Shown here: positions 23,426-37,067 of the stretch, piece by piece
Layout of the letters: each line of letters begins with the position of its first letter
Numbering within the stretch: position 1 is the first letter of the stretch
NCBI RefSeq assembly: GCF_004010195.1
Contig: NC_057718.1
Coordinates: forward strand, 78,978,676-79,042,675
Direction of reading: 5' to 3'
Source: Chiloscyllium plagiosum
Taxonomy: Eukaryota
DNA length: 64,000 nt
The notes under the pieces: model-generated
Database searches by the model: none
Told to the model about the DNA's origin: nothing
The model's input: only the letters and a program-made list of their open reading frames with translations
Program-made: the position numbers and the translations under genes

Positions 23426-25753
23426 ATGAAGTTGCTGTAGAGTTTCATGAAGGGTTTCTCACCTTGAAGTTAAGAACTTTATTGTGCCATTGTCCCAAAC
23501 ATATAGCATTGACCATGCACGAAGTGCTTCCTCTTCCAGTGCTCATCGTATTCTCCCACTCCCTGTAGGCTGATGTACTTGCAGGTGCTGGGACATACTG
23601 GGAGTCCTTAAGTCCCGCATTAAATTTAAAAGGCTTCTGCTCCTAGCAAAGTGCTGGCATTCCAAAATTGCCTTGTATATTTCATGACATTTACCCTAGA
23701 CCTGGCACTTGTGGGGAAATTGGCCTGCTTTTGGACAGGGGGCTAGAAGTCCTGGTGGATGGGATAATGTGAAGGGGGGCAATCACCTCAAGACTAGCAG
23801 AAGAGACCACAAAACCAGACCCTGCCAGACTGGTCTGAGGTTACTACCCAGGTCAGTGTTGTCTCAACTGTCAGGGGGAACACAGAATAGTGCTGTGCAA
23901 TGGTCACTGACTAGCTCTGCACAGATAGGTACCCATGGACTGTGTGAGAGGTATTGGTGCTGGGTATCTTCAGATGGTGGTTTAGAGAAGGATGCAGCAA
24001 GCTGGAGTCACCAGACAATCGCTCTGGCAGCAAGTCGAGGATTCTCCGTGTCCGGTTTATGTCCAGGCGGGTGGGGGCATGGAAAACTTCATATCAAAAA
24101 GGTGTTAAAGCATGCAAGTAGGCAATGGGACGACTTTATCTCAGTGTAGTGAAGCTCCTTGCTGGCCAGCTCACCTCATAATCCCAGTTTTCCCGCAATG
24201 ATTTAGGAGCCCATGAAAATGAAGAAGTAAACCTCAATATTTAAAAGAACCTTCGGGTGGAAAAGAAAAGCCACCTCATTACTATTCACAAGTTTTTTTG
24301 TGTCATAAGAATTCTGGATCTTTTCTTTTGTAGCAAAGTGACTGCTCTACCCATTCATCTTTGCACAGCTCATTAATTTTGCTGGTTTTGAAATACTAAT
24401 TTTACCACTGCAGACATTGTTCTCTGGACTTAAAGGCCACTACATTTCAATTTATTGTGGCTGATGTTTTCGTGCTGATTTCCCAATGGCAAACAGTTAT
24501 TGTAATCACTCTTCACCCAATGCTAGTAAATTTTGATTCAGTTTATACTGATTACTGGTAAAAATCCTATTTATAAACTTCTCAGTCAGTGAAGCTTCAG
24601 AGCACATTGATTCGTAAAATGATCCTGTACCATGTTCATTTATGACTAACATACATTGGTTTCAAATGCACGGAGAGCAATGGCATAGAACAACTATGTG
24701 GTAGTCTTAGCAATAACTTGATTTGTATCTCATTGCATTTTGCTCTTAACCAACAGTGTGTTAATCGGGCCACTGAGCTAATATATAGCTAATTTGTTAA
24801 ATGGCTCTGAAACAGTCTTGCAAATGATCTGTCAGCACATGAGCATCATCTTCTTTCTGTTAGATTTATTTGTTCTTGAAGGCTACATAGATTTGTTGAG
24901 TCCCTCTATCTGTTAAATTGCAAATACAACTGGTGGGTATTTTAAGTTTTCAGGTGTACATATAAAAAGGGTTTTGGTAAACAATGAGAACTTAAAGAAT
25001 GGGTGCTGATTGTGAGAGTTTAACTAGTAACCATTATAACAAGTTGGTTGCATTTTGTGTTTGCAATGAAACCATTTTGCCCTGTGCAAATTTATTCTCA
25101 GTCTGCAAACAATGTTTTATTTTAGCTATTCAATTTGAGCTCATTGCTATTTTGTCTTGTTTGAGCAAGACCAATTATGGCACACCTTTTATAGGTCATC
25201 TGGGGGTCAGGTTTGGGTTTCCAGTGTGGTGCACCTCAATTACCAGATAGGGATGTTCGCTTTGCATGACTGTTGGAGATTTGTTACTTGATTTTGCAAT
25301 AAGTCAAATGTACCAGTCTACTTATCATTAATGGTAAATTAAACTATACTTGTTTCTATATGCTCTTTGATATCTGGAACAGTTTCATTAAATTTGAAAA
25401 TTTTGCATTTGTTTGCAACTATACTTAAACATATTTTCCTTTTATACAAAGTAAATATTGCTTCTTGTGCATTTATTTTATTGCCATGACAATTTCATAC
25501 CATCAATTAATTTCTGAGTAATACGTCCATCTGGCATTGTATGAATCAAAATATTCTCTTAGCCTAAGTGAAATTTAGCAACACAGTGTGGTACATGTAA
25601 GTCTATTCCTTATTGTGTTTCATAATTTTAAATTTTAAGTTATCCTGATAACTGGAATGTCAAGACTAGAAAATGTTTACAGTCGAGGCATACTGCTAAA
25701 AGTCTTGTGCTGTTATAGTCTTATCCAGTACACATTTAAAAACTAAAATATGG

Positions 25754-26466
25754 TGTTCAGAATTTTAGGTTCTTTTCCCAAGGTTCCACACATGAGATGC
25801 AATTCGCACATACCAACTTCTGCAAACAGTTAAAGTTTATTAAAGCCTGTACAAGTTAGGCTTTACAGGCCTGACTTTGATACTCTTCGCAGGTGTGCAA
25901 AGTCAAGTCAAAAGAGGCCCCGAACAAAGGAAACATATCCCCTTTTTTACAGGTCAGTTGGTAATGCTCACAGGTACTCAGGCCGCCCCCACCCCCCACC
26001 AAATAACCACGTTACCATAGGTACACTAATAGGATGAGATAATGTGAATGTATATGCAGTAATCCTGGGGAATCATTATGCAGACGACTTCTGACCCTGT
26101 GATTCCCCAAGACAATGTAGGTGTGATACATCCTAGCTTCAGGGCGGCCCTGCAAATAACTTCTGGCTCCGCTACTTCCCTGGACAATGTAAGTGTGATA
26201 GGCTTCAGCATTGGGAATGATCACACAAACAAATTTGATTGGCTAGGAGATGGCTATGAAAGCATTTCACAATAGAAGGGACTGAATGAGAGTTTAATTT
26301 GATAATAGCAGGAGAACAGTAGTAAATGGCTGCCCAAATGAAGTGTGAATTACAAGGGATCGTCATCCACATTCCGGCATGCTGTCTGTGAGACAGAATG
26401 TCGCCTCTACCCACTCCCAGATTGTCCACCTCTTTGAGAAAGACAGTACAGTTTAACCCTTTAACA
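25754..26466 (-). mobile_element. Probable ERV-type solo LTR
   Basis: tgtt...aaca ends. On the minus strand: CCAAT (~26237), ~71-bp imperfect tandem repeats, A-rich TATA-like box followed by ttgttcggggcc, AATAAA (~25836). No TSD confirmed. Confidence 0.55.
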
Positions 26467-27157
26467 TTTCATTAATGCCCTGAAAGATAGTGCAATTTAG
26501 TCTTTTAACATCACAAAAAGAACTAAAGACTAACCATAAAAATATCATGGTTTTATTGTTCAATCACATGGGAGATTAATTTATTACCTTTTATTAATAG
26601 GTAAAACTAAATTATGAATATGATTAGATCTTTGTTAAATAATTGCTTTCATATTATCCATGTATCAGTGTAGACATTTGTAAAAGCATCATTTAATTAT
26701 TTTTGACATTGTACTTGGAATTTAAAACTGACCTGTATTTCCCAAGTTTGATGTACTCAGAAGTTGTAATGATCTCTAGTTCTAATTTGATCAGATTTCA
26801 AGATTCTGGTACAGAACCAACTCTCTTGCTTATCTACTTTTTATTTCCTTTCATAGATTCATAGAATATTACAGCATAGCAGGAAGTCATTCAGTCCATT
26901 GTGCTGGCTCTTTGACAGAGCTTTTTAATTAATCCTAAATCAAGCATATTTTCCTTTCGATTATTTTCCCAGCCTTTTTTTGAAATTTCTGATTGAAACT
27001 GCTCCCACCACCCTCTTAGGCTGTATTCTCGGTTGCAATTCTTCTTCAAAAAAATTCACACCGCTTGTCTTTTATTTGCCAATTAATGCTTGGCAACTCC
27101 TTGTATTTAGGTAGCATCTTTTAACAAACTATTCCATGGTGCCGTATTATTAGTCAG

Positions 27158-27885
27158 GGGGTCAGTTAGCTCAGTTATCTGGACAGCAAGTATGGGTTCA
27201 TGTGGTGTAAAATTATGTCCCAATACATGTGTGAATCATAATGTAACACATGTATTGGGCCAAGCAGTGGAATGTGGTGAAACGGTTAAAAATTATGTCC
27301 CAATACATGTGTGAATCTAACCGGAATGGAGATGTTGCTTAGTCCCGTGTGAATCTTATTACACACCTCCCCGTGTGAATCTTCTTATCTGTATGTAACC
27401 AGAATGGAATGTGTTTTTTAGCCTTGCTCTGCTGTTCACATGAATGTTTATATCTGGAAAAGAGTATATCAGCTGGAAAAGTCTCCAGTTCGGTGAGTCT
27501 GCTCCGGGGTTACGTTTAACCGCCGAGCGTGGGTTGTTGGCAACCGCTCTACGAGAACTGACGGCTCCCAGTTCCGGTAACATGTAGAGTGAGTATAAGC
27601 CAGACCCGTTGTATGAGACCTGGTTGTGGCGACGCTGCGGGGAATAAAATGCCCATATTCTAGCAGACTCGCCTCTTGGTCATTTGTTCTGTGTCAGACT
27701 ACTCTCCTACGAACCTGACCTTGAGAATTTTTTAAAACAGTTCAGTTCCTGCACCAGCTGAAGTTAACCCTGAAGGACTTTGCTTCTCAATTTCTCTTCT
27801 CGCCTGAGATGTATTGAACCTCTGCTCGAACCACCACTAGTTGACTCTGTCAAGTGAGAGAGCAGCCCTATAATCCCATAGGACT
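27158..27885 (+). mobile_element. tRNA-derived SINE split by an LTR (other copies at ~34680-34780 (-) and ~55198-55395 (+))
   Basis: Head gggtcagttagctcagtt; body resumes at 27740 with cctgcaccagctgaagttaacc...gagagagcagcccta. Confidence 0.7.
27201..27739 (+). mobile_element. Solo LTR, 539 bp, relatively young
   Basis: TG...CA ends; 5-bp TSD GTTCA (27196-200, 27740-44); TATA-like at ~27464; AATAAA at ~27643; 4x gtgtgaatc; CpG-rich. Confidence 0.85.
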
Positions 27886-27889
27886 TACC

Positions 27890-28145
27890 AAACACCATTG
27901 AAACGGTTATGAGATAAAGCTTTGTCAAAAAGATGTACGTTAGTGTCTGTGTGGAAGGAGGAAATGAAGTAAAGATACAGAGAGGTTAGGAGACAGATTT
28001 CCAGAGCTTAGTCTTAGTAGCTGAAGGAATAAAATTGGGGTTAATTGAAGTCTCAGTTGCAGCGCACACATCTCAGGACTAAGTGGGTTTGGTGTAAATT
28101 ATGGAGATTGGAAGATATAACATGGAGGGATTTGAAAACAAAGGC
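27890..28145 (-). mobile_element. L2-type LINE 3' fragment
   Basis: Similar to 47870-48240. Confidence 0.55.
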
Positions 28146-28584
28146 GAAGAATCTCTGCCGTCAGTTAGCAATCCTTCTACTGGAATAGAGTTCTCCTTAT
28201 TCTTATCAAATCCTTCCTGCATAATTTTGAATACCTCTTATCACCTTTTCCTTGAATTTCTCTGACCTCTGAGGAAAACAACCCTTCTTTCTATAGTTTG
28301 TCATCTCTACAGCTATTCGCGTAAATCTCTGCACCTGTTCTAAAGCCTGAACATCCTTTTTGTGTGCTCACAATTAACCAAAGATTTTCAACTGAGGGCT
28401 AGCCAGTAATTTTTGAAGTTGAGCATAACTATGTACTCTCATATCTCTCTGTTCCCATATTGCCTTTAAGGAAGAGTTATTTTGCTTATATTGTCTTTGT
28501 TTTCCTACTGTATTTAACTACTTCATACTTGTCTATACTGAATTTTGATTTGCCATCAACGTATTCTTTAATTTGTTTTGTGCT

Positions 28585-28735
28585 GCAACATTTAAGTGGC
28601 ATTTAGACAAACACAAGAATAGGAAGGGAAAAGATGGACACTGAACAAGTCCAAGCAGTTGGGATTAGTTTAGAATGATGCCATGGTTGGCACAGATGAA
28701 GGGCCTGTTCCTGTGCTGTACTTTTCTATGTTCTG
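28585..28735 (+). mobile_element. CR1 3' tail fragment within older minus-strand CR1 debris (~28160-29200)
   Basis: gaagggcctgttcctgtgctgtac...ttctatgttct tail. Confidence 0.7.
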
Positions 28736-29639
28736 TTTTAAGGCTGATTCATTTAAATGTCTTTTAAATCATTGTGTCACTGTGCATGTGTGGTAACTTT
28801 TCAGAACCAGCTTGTGTGACATGTGTTTGGAAGCTTTAGGGCTGTTGTACAGTCTAGAGGAAGCACTGATCATTTTTCATACCTGTTGTGATCCCAATCA
28901 GTTTATGGCAATTTTGAGTTTTTATTCTGCAAGTTTATGCTGTGCTAACCTCCGTCTAAGGCATTAATATATCAAAATGAACTGTGGCCCTGTCACTCCC
29001 TACTGGACAATGAGTGCTCACTTTTTTCCAGTTTGGAAGAGCAGTTGTTCACCTCTGCCCACTACTTTCTGTCCCTCAGGTAATTTTCTATCTGCATAGC
29101 CACTGTCCCTTTCATCTCATAGGCATAAGCTTTTCCTACCAAGTATTTTTCTGAAATGCAATTGAAAGTCTATGTATACAACATTGACAACATTACACTC
29201 ATCCAACCACTTAAAGGTTCTTTGGTACATTAAGAAAGCGTAAACTTTGAAATTAGTTCTGAGCCCTCCATTATAAAATTGTTTTGCATTTTCTTTCTCC
29301 TTTACCTCTCCTAATAGTCATATTTTATTTTTCAATAGGTTTGAAAACCCTAAGTGGTCTTTCCTGAAGCACAAATTCCTGGACTGTTTCCACAGTATCG
29401 TGGATAAGTCCAATTTCGTGATCCCCTAGTGTCTACATCTGTTTACTAATGATGCCCAAAAGTATGCAATGAAAAATGGGGGTACATTCCTGGTATTGCA
29501 CTTCCAATTCTGTCATTACAGGGAGGAGCATCCAGAAAAGCAACATACGTATTGATTGGATGAGTGTGACAATCAGCGAGCATTAACAGTAAAGATCAAG
29601 CCATCTGCTGTTACACATGAATGTTTTTAACCTTAACTG

Positions 29640-30640
29640 GCTTCACATAATGGATAGTTCTCACCTTGTTAAACTGACCATACGTACTGAATGCTTCCAA
29701 TATTGATAAATAGCTCTACATAATGAATGCTTTTCCACCTTGTTAACCCATTACCCTTGCCTCCAGCACCCCATTGTTAACTGCAAGTTCTTATCTGATC
29801 TGGGCCATGCTCAGCTGAACCTCTTGTTCCACAAAACTCAAAACATAATTGTTTCCCTACCTGTTTATACCCTATACACTTTCTCATTATGAAAAGAATG
29901 ACTTTGATGGAAGGACCGTTAACCTCTTACCCTTTTCAGATGTCTTGTATGTAGACAATGCATTTGCTATGCTTTAATATGTAGTTGCATCTAAGACTTT
30001 TTGCATATTTTTAAATAGACTACATCATGCACTCATCTTTACATTTGAAATGAAGAAGGAAAGCCAGTTCCCTTTCTTGAGCATTCTGGTTGACATATCT
30101 GCCTTGTGTTTCTACTACTATCTATTGAGAGCTTTCGCTTAATGAAATTTCTACAGTCCCATGTGCTACAAGGTCATTCTTATCAGCAATCTCCTGATTA
30201 AGGCCCGAACCACTTAATCACTGCTTAAGCTTGATGCTCATATCCCGTATTAAAACTGACCTGCATGATAATGATTGCCCTAATCAAATCGATGTACAAT
30301 ACCCAGTCAGCAAACTCGTGAATGGGTTGAAGTTTGGCAATTTTTGGCCTTGAACAACAAGTGTAAGTAACCTGCTTTGTTATGATAAACATAAGTAATA
30401 TTCTCTACTAACATAATGTAGACATCAGCCAAAAAGACATTTTACTTGCTACATAAATTAGTACTGTGGTATTTGTTTCAGTGCTGCTTTAACATATGGA
30501 TGTTATTTCTGACAGTGATAGACTTTTTAAGCAACATATCCCTTTGGTTATCGGCATGCTTAACCTGTCTGTGCTTGCAGTATTCAGCATTAGATGTGAT
30601 TTGGCTATTGGATGACGTTTACTAAATAGCCCTGACTGTG
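29640..30640 (+). mobile_element. Ancient Penelope-like RT remnant
   Basis: Degenerate YVD(N)AFA (~29948) and FTFEMKKESQFPFLSILV (~30037) motifs. Confidence 0.55.
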
Positions 30641-31867
30641 CTATCATAGTCTTCTGTAGTTATATAAACTGTAAAGGAATGGTTAAAGGAGAAATAAGGA
30701 TGATCAGAGATCAGGAAAGACATACTTATCCTTATCCTTGCTGGACGTAGATGCATTGGTCCATAACATTATTAGGAGGAGTGACCACCATACAGTCCAT
30801 GGGGCAACAAAGTCTTACCGTCACACTGAGAATGTGCTCTATTGTATTGTGTGGCAGTATCACTGTGCTAAATGGGAGAAACTTTGAACAGATCAGCAAG
30901 TCAAGATATGAGTATCCTTAAGGCTGTGGATACTTCTCCAATTTGATGCTCTTGAACTAGAGATTCCGATGATTGACTCAATGAAGATATTGCAATTTTT
31001 TGAGGGATGCTTTGAAAACATCCTTGAATTGCTCTGCCATTTTGGTTCGATGTTAAGGGGTTAATATGATCTGCTGACCTGCAAGAAATTGGATGTCCTG
31101 GGGGTAGAGTGGTATGCTTCTCTGTCTTGCAGATAGAATGTTTAAAAAAAAATTATGTTGTCATCACCTACTATTCAGAGTAAGTTTACATTATCATCTA
31201 TTCAGAAGCAATAAAACATTGCAGTTAAAATTCTGACTACACCCTGCAGGTTTTTTAAAAAAAGTTTACACCAGATCTTGCCATTAAGGAATGATTGTTT
31301 CTGGAAACATTGTTTCTGGAAATGGTCAAGTCAGTACATTGTCTTGAGTGGCATGTGACAATGAGGGGAGTGGCTCGTGCTTGTCTTGTGGGCATTACTG
31401 ACTGTGATGTAAAATTTTGTATAAAGAAGAACCTGGTCCCTTTGTTCAGAGAGCCTTGCTTGACAAGCATTGCGAAGAGTGTTAAGTGATCCTCCAGAAC
31501 CTTGTTATTACGTTTAGGCTATTCACTGAAGTTGGCGCATTGCATTTGCTTCAAGTGTGTAAGAATCTCAAGAAAAAGAGCCTAACATTGATTTTAGGAG
31601 TCTTTATCAGACAAATAGCTGATATTGCCTGCGCAGCACAGACAATTGACAGTACATTAATGGTGGAGATATTGGTCTAGAAAAGGATACTAATATTAGA
31701 GTGGCTTTTTTGGATTTTGTGGAGGCATTATTGATTATGTTTCTGAAGGGATTTGAGGTGTTTGTTGTCCAATGTATGCATTTACAATTCTTACTGAAGA
31801 GTTACTAGTACTGTACTACTGTTGTTGAATGATGAACTTACAGAGCCAAGTTTGAAATCTTTTAGCA

Positions 31868-32180
31868 AGATTAGATTAGATTCCCTACAGTGTGGAACAG
31901 GCCCTTCAGCCCAACAAGTCCACACCGACCCTCCAAAGAGCAACCCACCGAGACCCATTCCCCTACATTTACCCCGACTAATTTACTTAACACAACGGGC
32001 AATTTAGCATGGCCAGTTCACCTAACCTGCACATCTTTGGACTGTGGGAGGAAACTAGAGCACCTGGAGGAAACCCACACAGACGGGGAGAATGTGCAAG
32101 CTCCACACAGACAGTTGCCCGAGGCGGGAATCGAACTCTGGTCTCTGGCGCTGTGAGGCAGCAGTGCAATTGCTGTGCTG
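31868..32180 (-). mobile_element. HE1-type V-SINE
   Basis: Reverse complement of the 936-1248 copy, with (agatt)n tail. Confidence 0.9.
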
Positions 32181-33749
32181 AGACGTCCGAAGGCTGTGCT
32201 GCCACACTAGGGGTGATGTTTTTAGTCTCATTGGAACTTTGTCTAACTGGAAAATGGTTCCTAAGTTTTGGTTGACTTCCCATGACTCATTGTGAATATT
32301 GGTAGGAATACAGTGTTGGATGGTGGGTGCAGGTTGGTAGAGAACTGTTGTATTCCAGATACTTAGTCAAGTCCCATTCTCTCATATATGGTTCTGTGGA
32401 TGCATTGATGATTTGCAGCTTAACACCTGAGCATTTGCATCTGCAGATGTCATTTTATATTTTGCTCTCCAATCAAGGTTGAGGTGTTCTTGGTTCTGGG
32501 CTAGAGGTGATGCAGGTTGAATTATTTCTCACTCATTCTTTAGAGTAACTCCACACCAATGATAACCTTCATGGATTAGGGTCTTGTGGCAAGGAAGAAG
32601 AGAAGGGCTTTGATATGACACTCTCTTGCTTGACCCTAATTTCCACTCATTGAGTATGTAGTGGGGATCGCGGCTAGTATGTTGTCGTAGAGGATGTTGA
32701 GGACTTTTAATAAATGGAATTTGGGAGGAGGTGAGCTTGAGGATACTTTTCAATGAAGGATAAGATAGATGCTCTTTTTTTACCACATTAGGTCTTGTTT
32801 CCAACTCTAGAAACAAAGGTTGAGGTCAAAAGAACAATTATTCTTCAGTCTTGATCAGTCTTCCAAAGGGAGACAAACAGATTTTTGTTAGCTTCAATGT
32901 CAGGTTTGGGAGGGCTGCAAACCACTGTAAAGGCATATTTGGCAAGAGTGGCATTGGATAAACAAAAGGCAATGGGCATTGTCCCCCAGATGAAATACCT
33001 CGGCTATGATCTTGTCATAAAAATGCCATATTTCATCAGAAATGCAAGACCTCATGGCAATACCCTAGCTCCAGACATTGGGACATGCTTGACTGTCAGT
33101 CAGTAAGTGACTACAAAGATGTCTCTGGTTGGAATACTTGCTTTATATCAGGAACTGACGCCCATTGCTGAAACTGTTCCATCTCTACTAGCATTACCCA
33201 AATACATCAGAGGTAGTACAAGTGCTGCTGCAAGAAATTCAATGTTGTTGATAAGGTTATATGAAGTGAGTTCCAAGGAAACCCATGTTGAATATAAATA
33301 CCAGTGTGGATGACTTGGCCCAAGTGACCTCTTTACAGTAATTCTGTGTGTAATGTTATCACATGGTGACAATGAATTTCCTTTGGTTAATTTGGGATTT
33401 ATTTTTTCAAAATTAATTACATCAACATTTTTAATGTAAACAATGTATTTATATTGTCTTACATTGAATTTATATTTTATGAAGTATTTTTTGGTTATTA
33501 GCTCAAGTTAACAAAATACTTATGTGATCACTGTCTACAAGAACATCATACTGGGGAAAAACACCTTTTTTAACATGCTTTTGATAAATGGTGCAAATAT
33601 GTGATTTTTGTTTTTCTAATGCTCCTACAATAGGAGAGCTTGTGTGGGTGATGCCCTTCATGGCTATTGCCCATCTCTTCCCGACTCTCCCCTTCCCACC
33701 CCCACTCTGTGGAACTCATGCCTTCATAGAGAAATGTGTGCTAATGATT

Positions 33750-34500
33750 TAGAGTCAGATGTTCAGCACAGAAACAGACCCTTCAGTCCAACCCGTCCAT
33801 GCCCCAGGGAAACGACTTTGTCTATTTATCCTTTCTATGCCCCTCATAATTTTGTAAACCTCTAGAAGGTCACCCCTCAGCCTCTGATGCTCCAAGGAAA
33901 ACAGCCCTAGCCTGTTCAGCCCTTCCCTTTAGCTCAAATCCTCCAACCCTGGCAACATCCTTGTAAATAATTTCTGAACCCTTTCAAATTTCACAACATC
34001 TTTCCAGTAGGAAGGAGACCAGAATTGCATGCAATATTCCAACAGTGGCCTAACCAAGGTCCTGTGCAGCCGCAACATGACCTCCCTGGGGGTTTATCCA
34101 CCTTTAACCGTTTCAAGACATCCAGCACTTCCTCCTCTGTAATCTGGACTTTTTGCAAGATGTCACCATCTATTTCCCTACAGTCTATATCTTCCATATC
34201 CTTTTCCACAGTAAATACTGATGCAAAATATTTATTTAATTTCTCACCCATTTTCTGTGGCTCCACACAAAGGCCGCCTTGCTGATCTTTGAGGCGCCCT
34301 ATTCTCTCCCTAGTTACCCTTTTGTCCTTAATATATTTGTAAAACCCCTTTGGATTCTCCTTAATTATATTTGCCAAAGCTATCTCATGTCCCCGTTTTG
34401 CCCTCCTGATTTCCCTCTTAAGTATACTCATACTTTCTTTATACTCTTCTAAGGATTCACTCATTCTATCCTGTCTGTACCTGACATATGCTTCCTTCTT
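33750..34500 (-). mobile_element. HER1/CR1 LINE with internal deletions
   Basis: KENPKGFYKYIK...YFASVFTVE joined directly to the 3' end. Confidence 0.85.
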
Positions 34501-35244
34501 TGCAAATTTTCTTTTCTGCAGGACACTGATTAGCCAGATGAATCTTTTACAAAAATCAGAAATGGTTTCACTGTGAGATTCTGAATTCCAGACTCTCTCT
34601 AATTGAATTAAAGTTCCACCATCTGGAGGAATTTGAACCAGGATCCCAGAAACTTTGAAATTGTGTCCCCGTGAGTGGACTAAAAGGAAAGTCCTTCATG
34701 GTAACTTCAGCTGGTGCAGGAACCGAACCCACGCCGTTGGCATCACACTGCATCACAAATCGCCTATTCAGCTATCTGAACACAATCCCCTGTTCAGATC
34801 AGTAGGAATGCATACTGAAGACTGCCAGCGACTTATTAAAAGTCATTGTAATATGAATAGGCAAGCAACAAATTCAAATTCACCTGCGCAGAATGTAAAT
34901 GCAGTTTTTCAAAGGCATGGTTGTGAAAATTGTGGTTTGAAATTTTCAGAAGAAACTTGATTCATACAATATTTAAACGTGATAAGATTGGGTTTCTTTG
35001 TTGCATAATGTGAAAGCAGCACATTAGTCTGTTGTTTGAAGTGATGTGTATGTGCCTGATGGTTGTTGCATTTCTGCAAAGGTTTGCTTCCCTTCATAAT
35101 CTTGCTGTGTTGGTGGTTTGAGTTTTTTTTAATAGTCATTTGCTTTATGCTTGGGGTAGTTATTGAGGGAGTTGCCACAACATCCCAAGTTAATTACAGA
35201 TTATTCAGATCATTTGCCACAACCTTGTGTGCCGACGTGCAGTA

Positions 35245-35677
35245 ATAGAGTCAAAAGAGATATACAGCATGGAAACAGACCCTTTGGTCCAACTCATCCA
35301 TGCTGACCAGATATCCCAACCCAATCTAGTTCCGCCTGCCAGCACCCGGCTCATATCCCTCCAAACCCTTCCTATTCATATACCTATCCAGCTGCCTTTT
35401 AAATGTTGTAATTGTACTAACCTCCACCACTTGCTCATTCCATACACGTACCACCCTCCTTGTGGAAAAAGTTGCCCTTTAGGTGTCTTTTATATCTTTC
35501 CCCTCCCCCTAAATCTATGCCGTCTAGTTCTGGACTCCTCCACTCCAGTGAAAAAAATTGGTCTATTTATCCTATTCATGCGCCTCATGATTTTATAAAC
35601 CTCTATAAGATCACCCCTAAGCCTCCAACGGTCCAGGGAAAACAGCCCCAGCCTATTCAACCTCCCCCAATAGCTCA
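35245..35677 (-). mobile_element. HER1/CR1 3' fragment
   Basis: Same 3' sequence as 41920-42360. Confidence 0.85.
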
Positions 35678-36023
35678 GTAGATCAGAGGATCAGTTCTAA
35701 TATCCCTCTGATTCCAAGATTTTAGCCTCCAGGATTTTCAGCCTATCTGGAGGTCTGCTCCATATTTCGTCTCTTTGTGTGAAGAACCTATCTGATATCA
35801 GATTTTAAGTACCAACTTGATCCTATGTAACCTAGTTCTCCTTTCAGTTAAATTGAAGGTGTTCTGAAAATTTTTTTCTCAATCCCTAAATTTGAATGCC
35901 TGTCAAATCTTTTTTTGGGTGACATTATTCTTAATTAGGTGAAAATAATTCTGTAGACTACTTAGAACTTTTTTGTATTGGACAAAGCATTAAATAAGTA
36001 ATTTTCAAATAGTGTAGACTATC

Positions 36024-36475
36024 CCTTATTGTCACATGTACTCCAGAATAGAAATACAGGAATACAATGAAAAGTTTTTACAATGGCTGCCTTTAATGGT
36101 GTCATCTTAAGTACAAGCACCTAGGTACAAATCTTAGAGTTTAAAAAAAAGTGTTGTTACAGAGTGAAAAAGGATATAGATTAGCATGAAACAGTGAAAA
36201 AATCTAGCATGATGATGTGACCATAAGCACTTAAGTTCCAGTGTGTGCCTGCAGGCCCAGAGCACGAGGCCACGTAGCGTCTACATGTTGGCCTCTGTCC
36301 TGCACTGCTATGGAATTCGTCCTGTGCTCACTCTGCCTGTGTTTGCTCTGCTTCTCGAATCTACTTTCCACTTAGGACAGAGGAAAGAGAAGTTATGAAG
36401 TGGAGGAAAAAGAAGGCAAAGGGACGAGCAAGGAGAGGAGCTCTGATCGAAATGTCCTGCCCTGCCGGGACCTTT
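36024..36475 (-). mobile_element. Second copy of the 6105-type non-autonomous element
   Basis: Shared ttattgtcacatgtactcc...gaaaagttt...catctta tail and degenerate head. Confidence 0.5.
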
Positions 36476-36957
36476 TAATTTGAGCATATAACAATGTAAT
36501 AGTAATAATGGGGACTCCAATCAATAGAAGGATTGGACAAATTAAGTTGATAAAGGTAACCTAGAAGATTGTTAAATAATTTTGGACCACTTTCTTTTTG
36601 GAACCAGTAGAAACCTGAGTATAGATGAGAAAAAAGATCTATTCGTTGAAATTTTTCATCCTACAATTGTCAGGACATTTTCAAGAATAACAGTGTAAAG
36701 AGGAACAATGTACCGTATGGGAAGAGAGTGCTGTTTCTTTGGTGAGTGGACTCTGGCAGCGGAATTGCCATGGAGAATGCACCAGTTAGATGACAAGTGC
36801 AAGTTGACCAGAATCAATCTGCTGGTTTAGAACAAAGGAGTCTTTGCAGTTAACTGGCAGTGATCATCTAGTACTGTACATTCACCATGACAATGATCTA
36901 CCAGTCAACAGACACACCTTAGTGTATAAAATATTCACCTTTACATTGGTATACTTT

Positions 36958-37047
36958 CCTGAAGAAGGGCTTATGCCCGAAATGTCGATTCTCCTGTTCC
37001 TTGGATGCTGCCTGACCTGCTGCGCTTTTCCAGCAACACGTTTTCAG
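36958..37047 (+). mobile_element. 90-bp Penelope pLTR insertion (family B) starting at the hammerhead core
   Basis: cCTGAAGA agggcttatgccc GAAA tgtc; 14-bp TSD cattggtatacttt at 36944-57 and 37048-61. Confidence 0.85.
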
Positions 37048-37067
37048 CATTGGTATACTTTTAGTGA

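Noticed and set aside
23560..24235. GC-richer block with a 146-aa ORF, possibly a non-autonomous DNA transposon
   Set aside because: No verifiable TIRs, TSD or protein motif.
27209..27382. Spaced short direct repeats superficially like a CRISPR array
   Set aside because: Eukaryotic context, irregular spacing, and they lie within the U3-like part of a solo LTR.
29285..29430. Strong polypyrimidine tract plus AG at 29338 suggesting an extra exon
   Set aside because: Short frames, no recognisable MAP3K4 peptide and no convincing donor.
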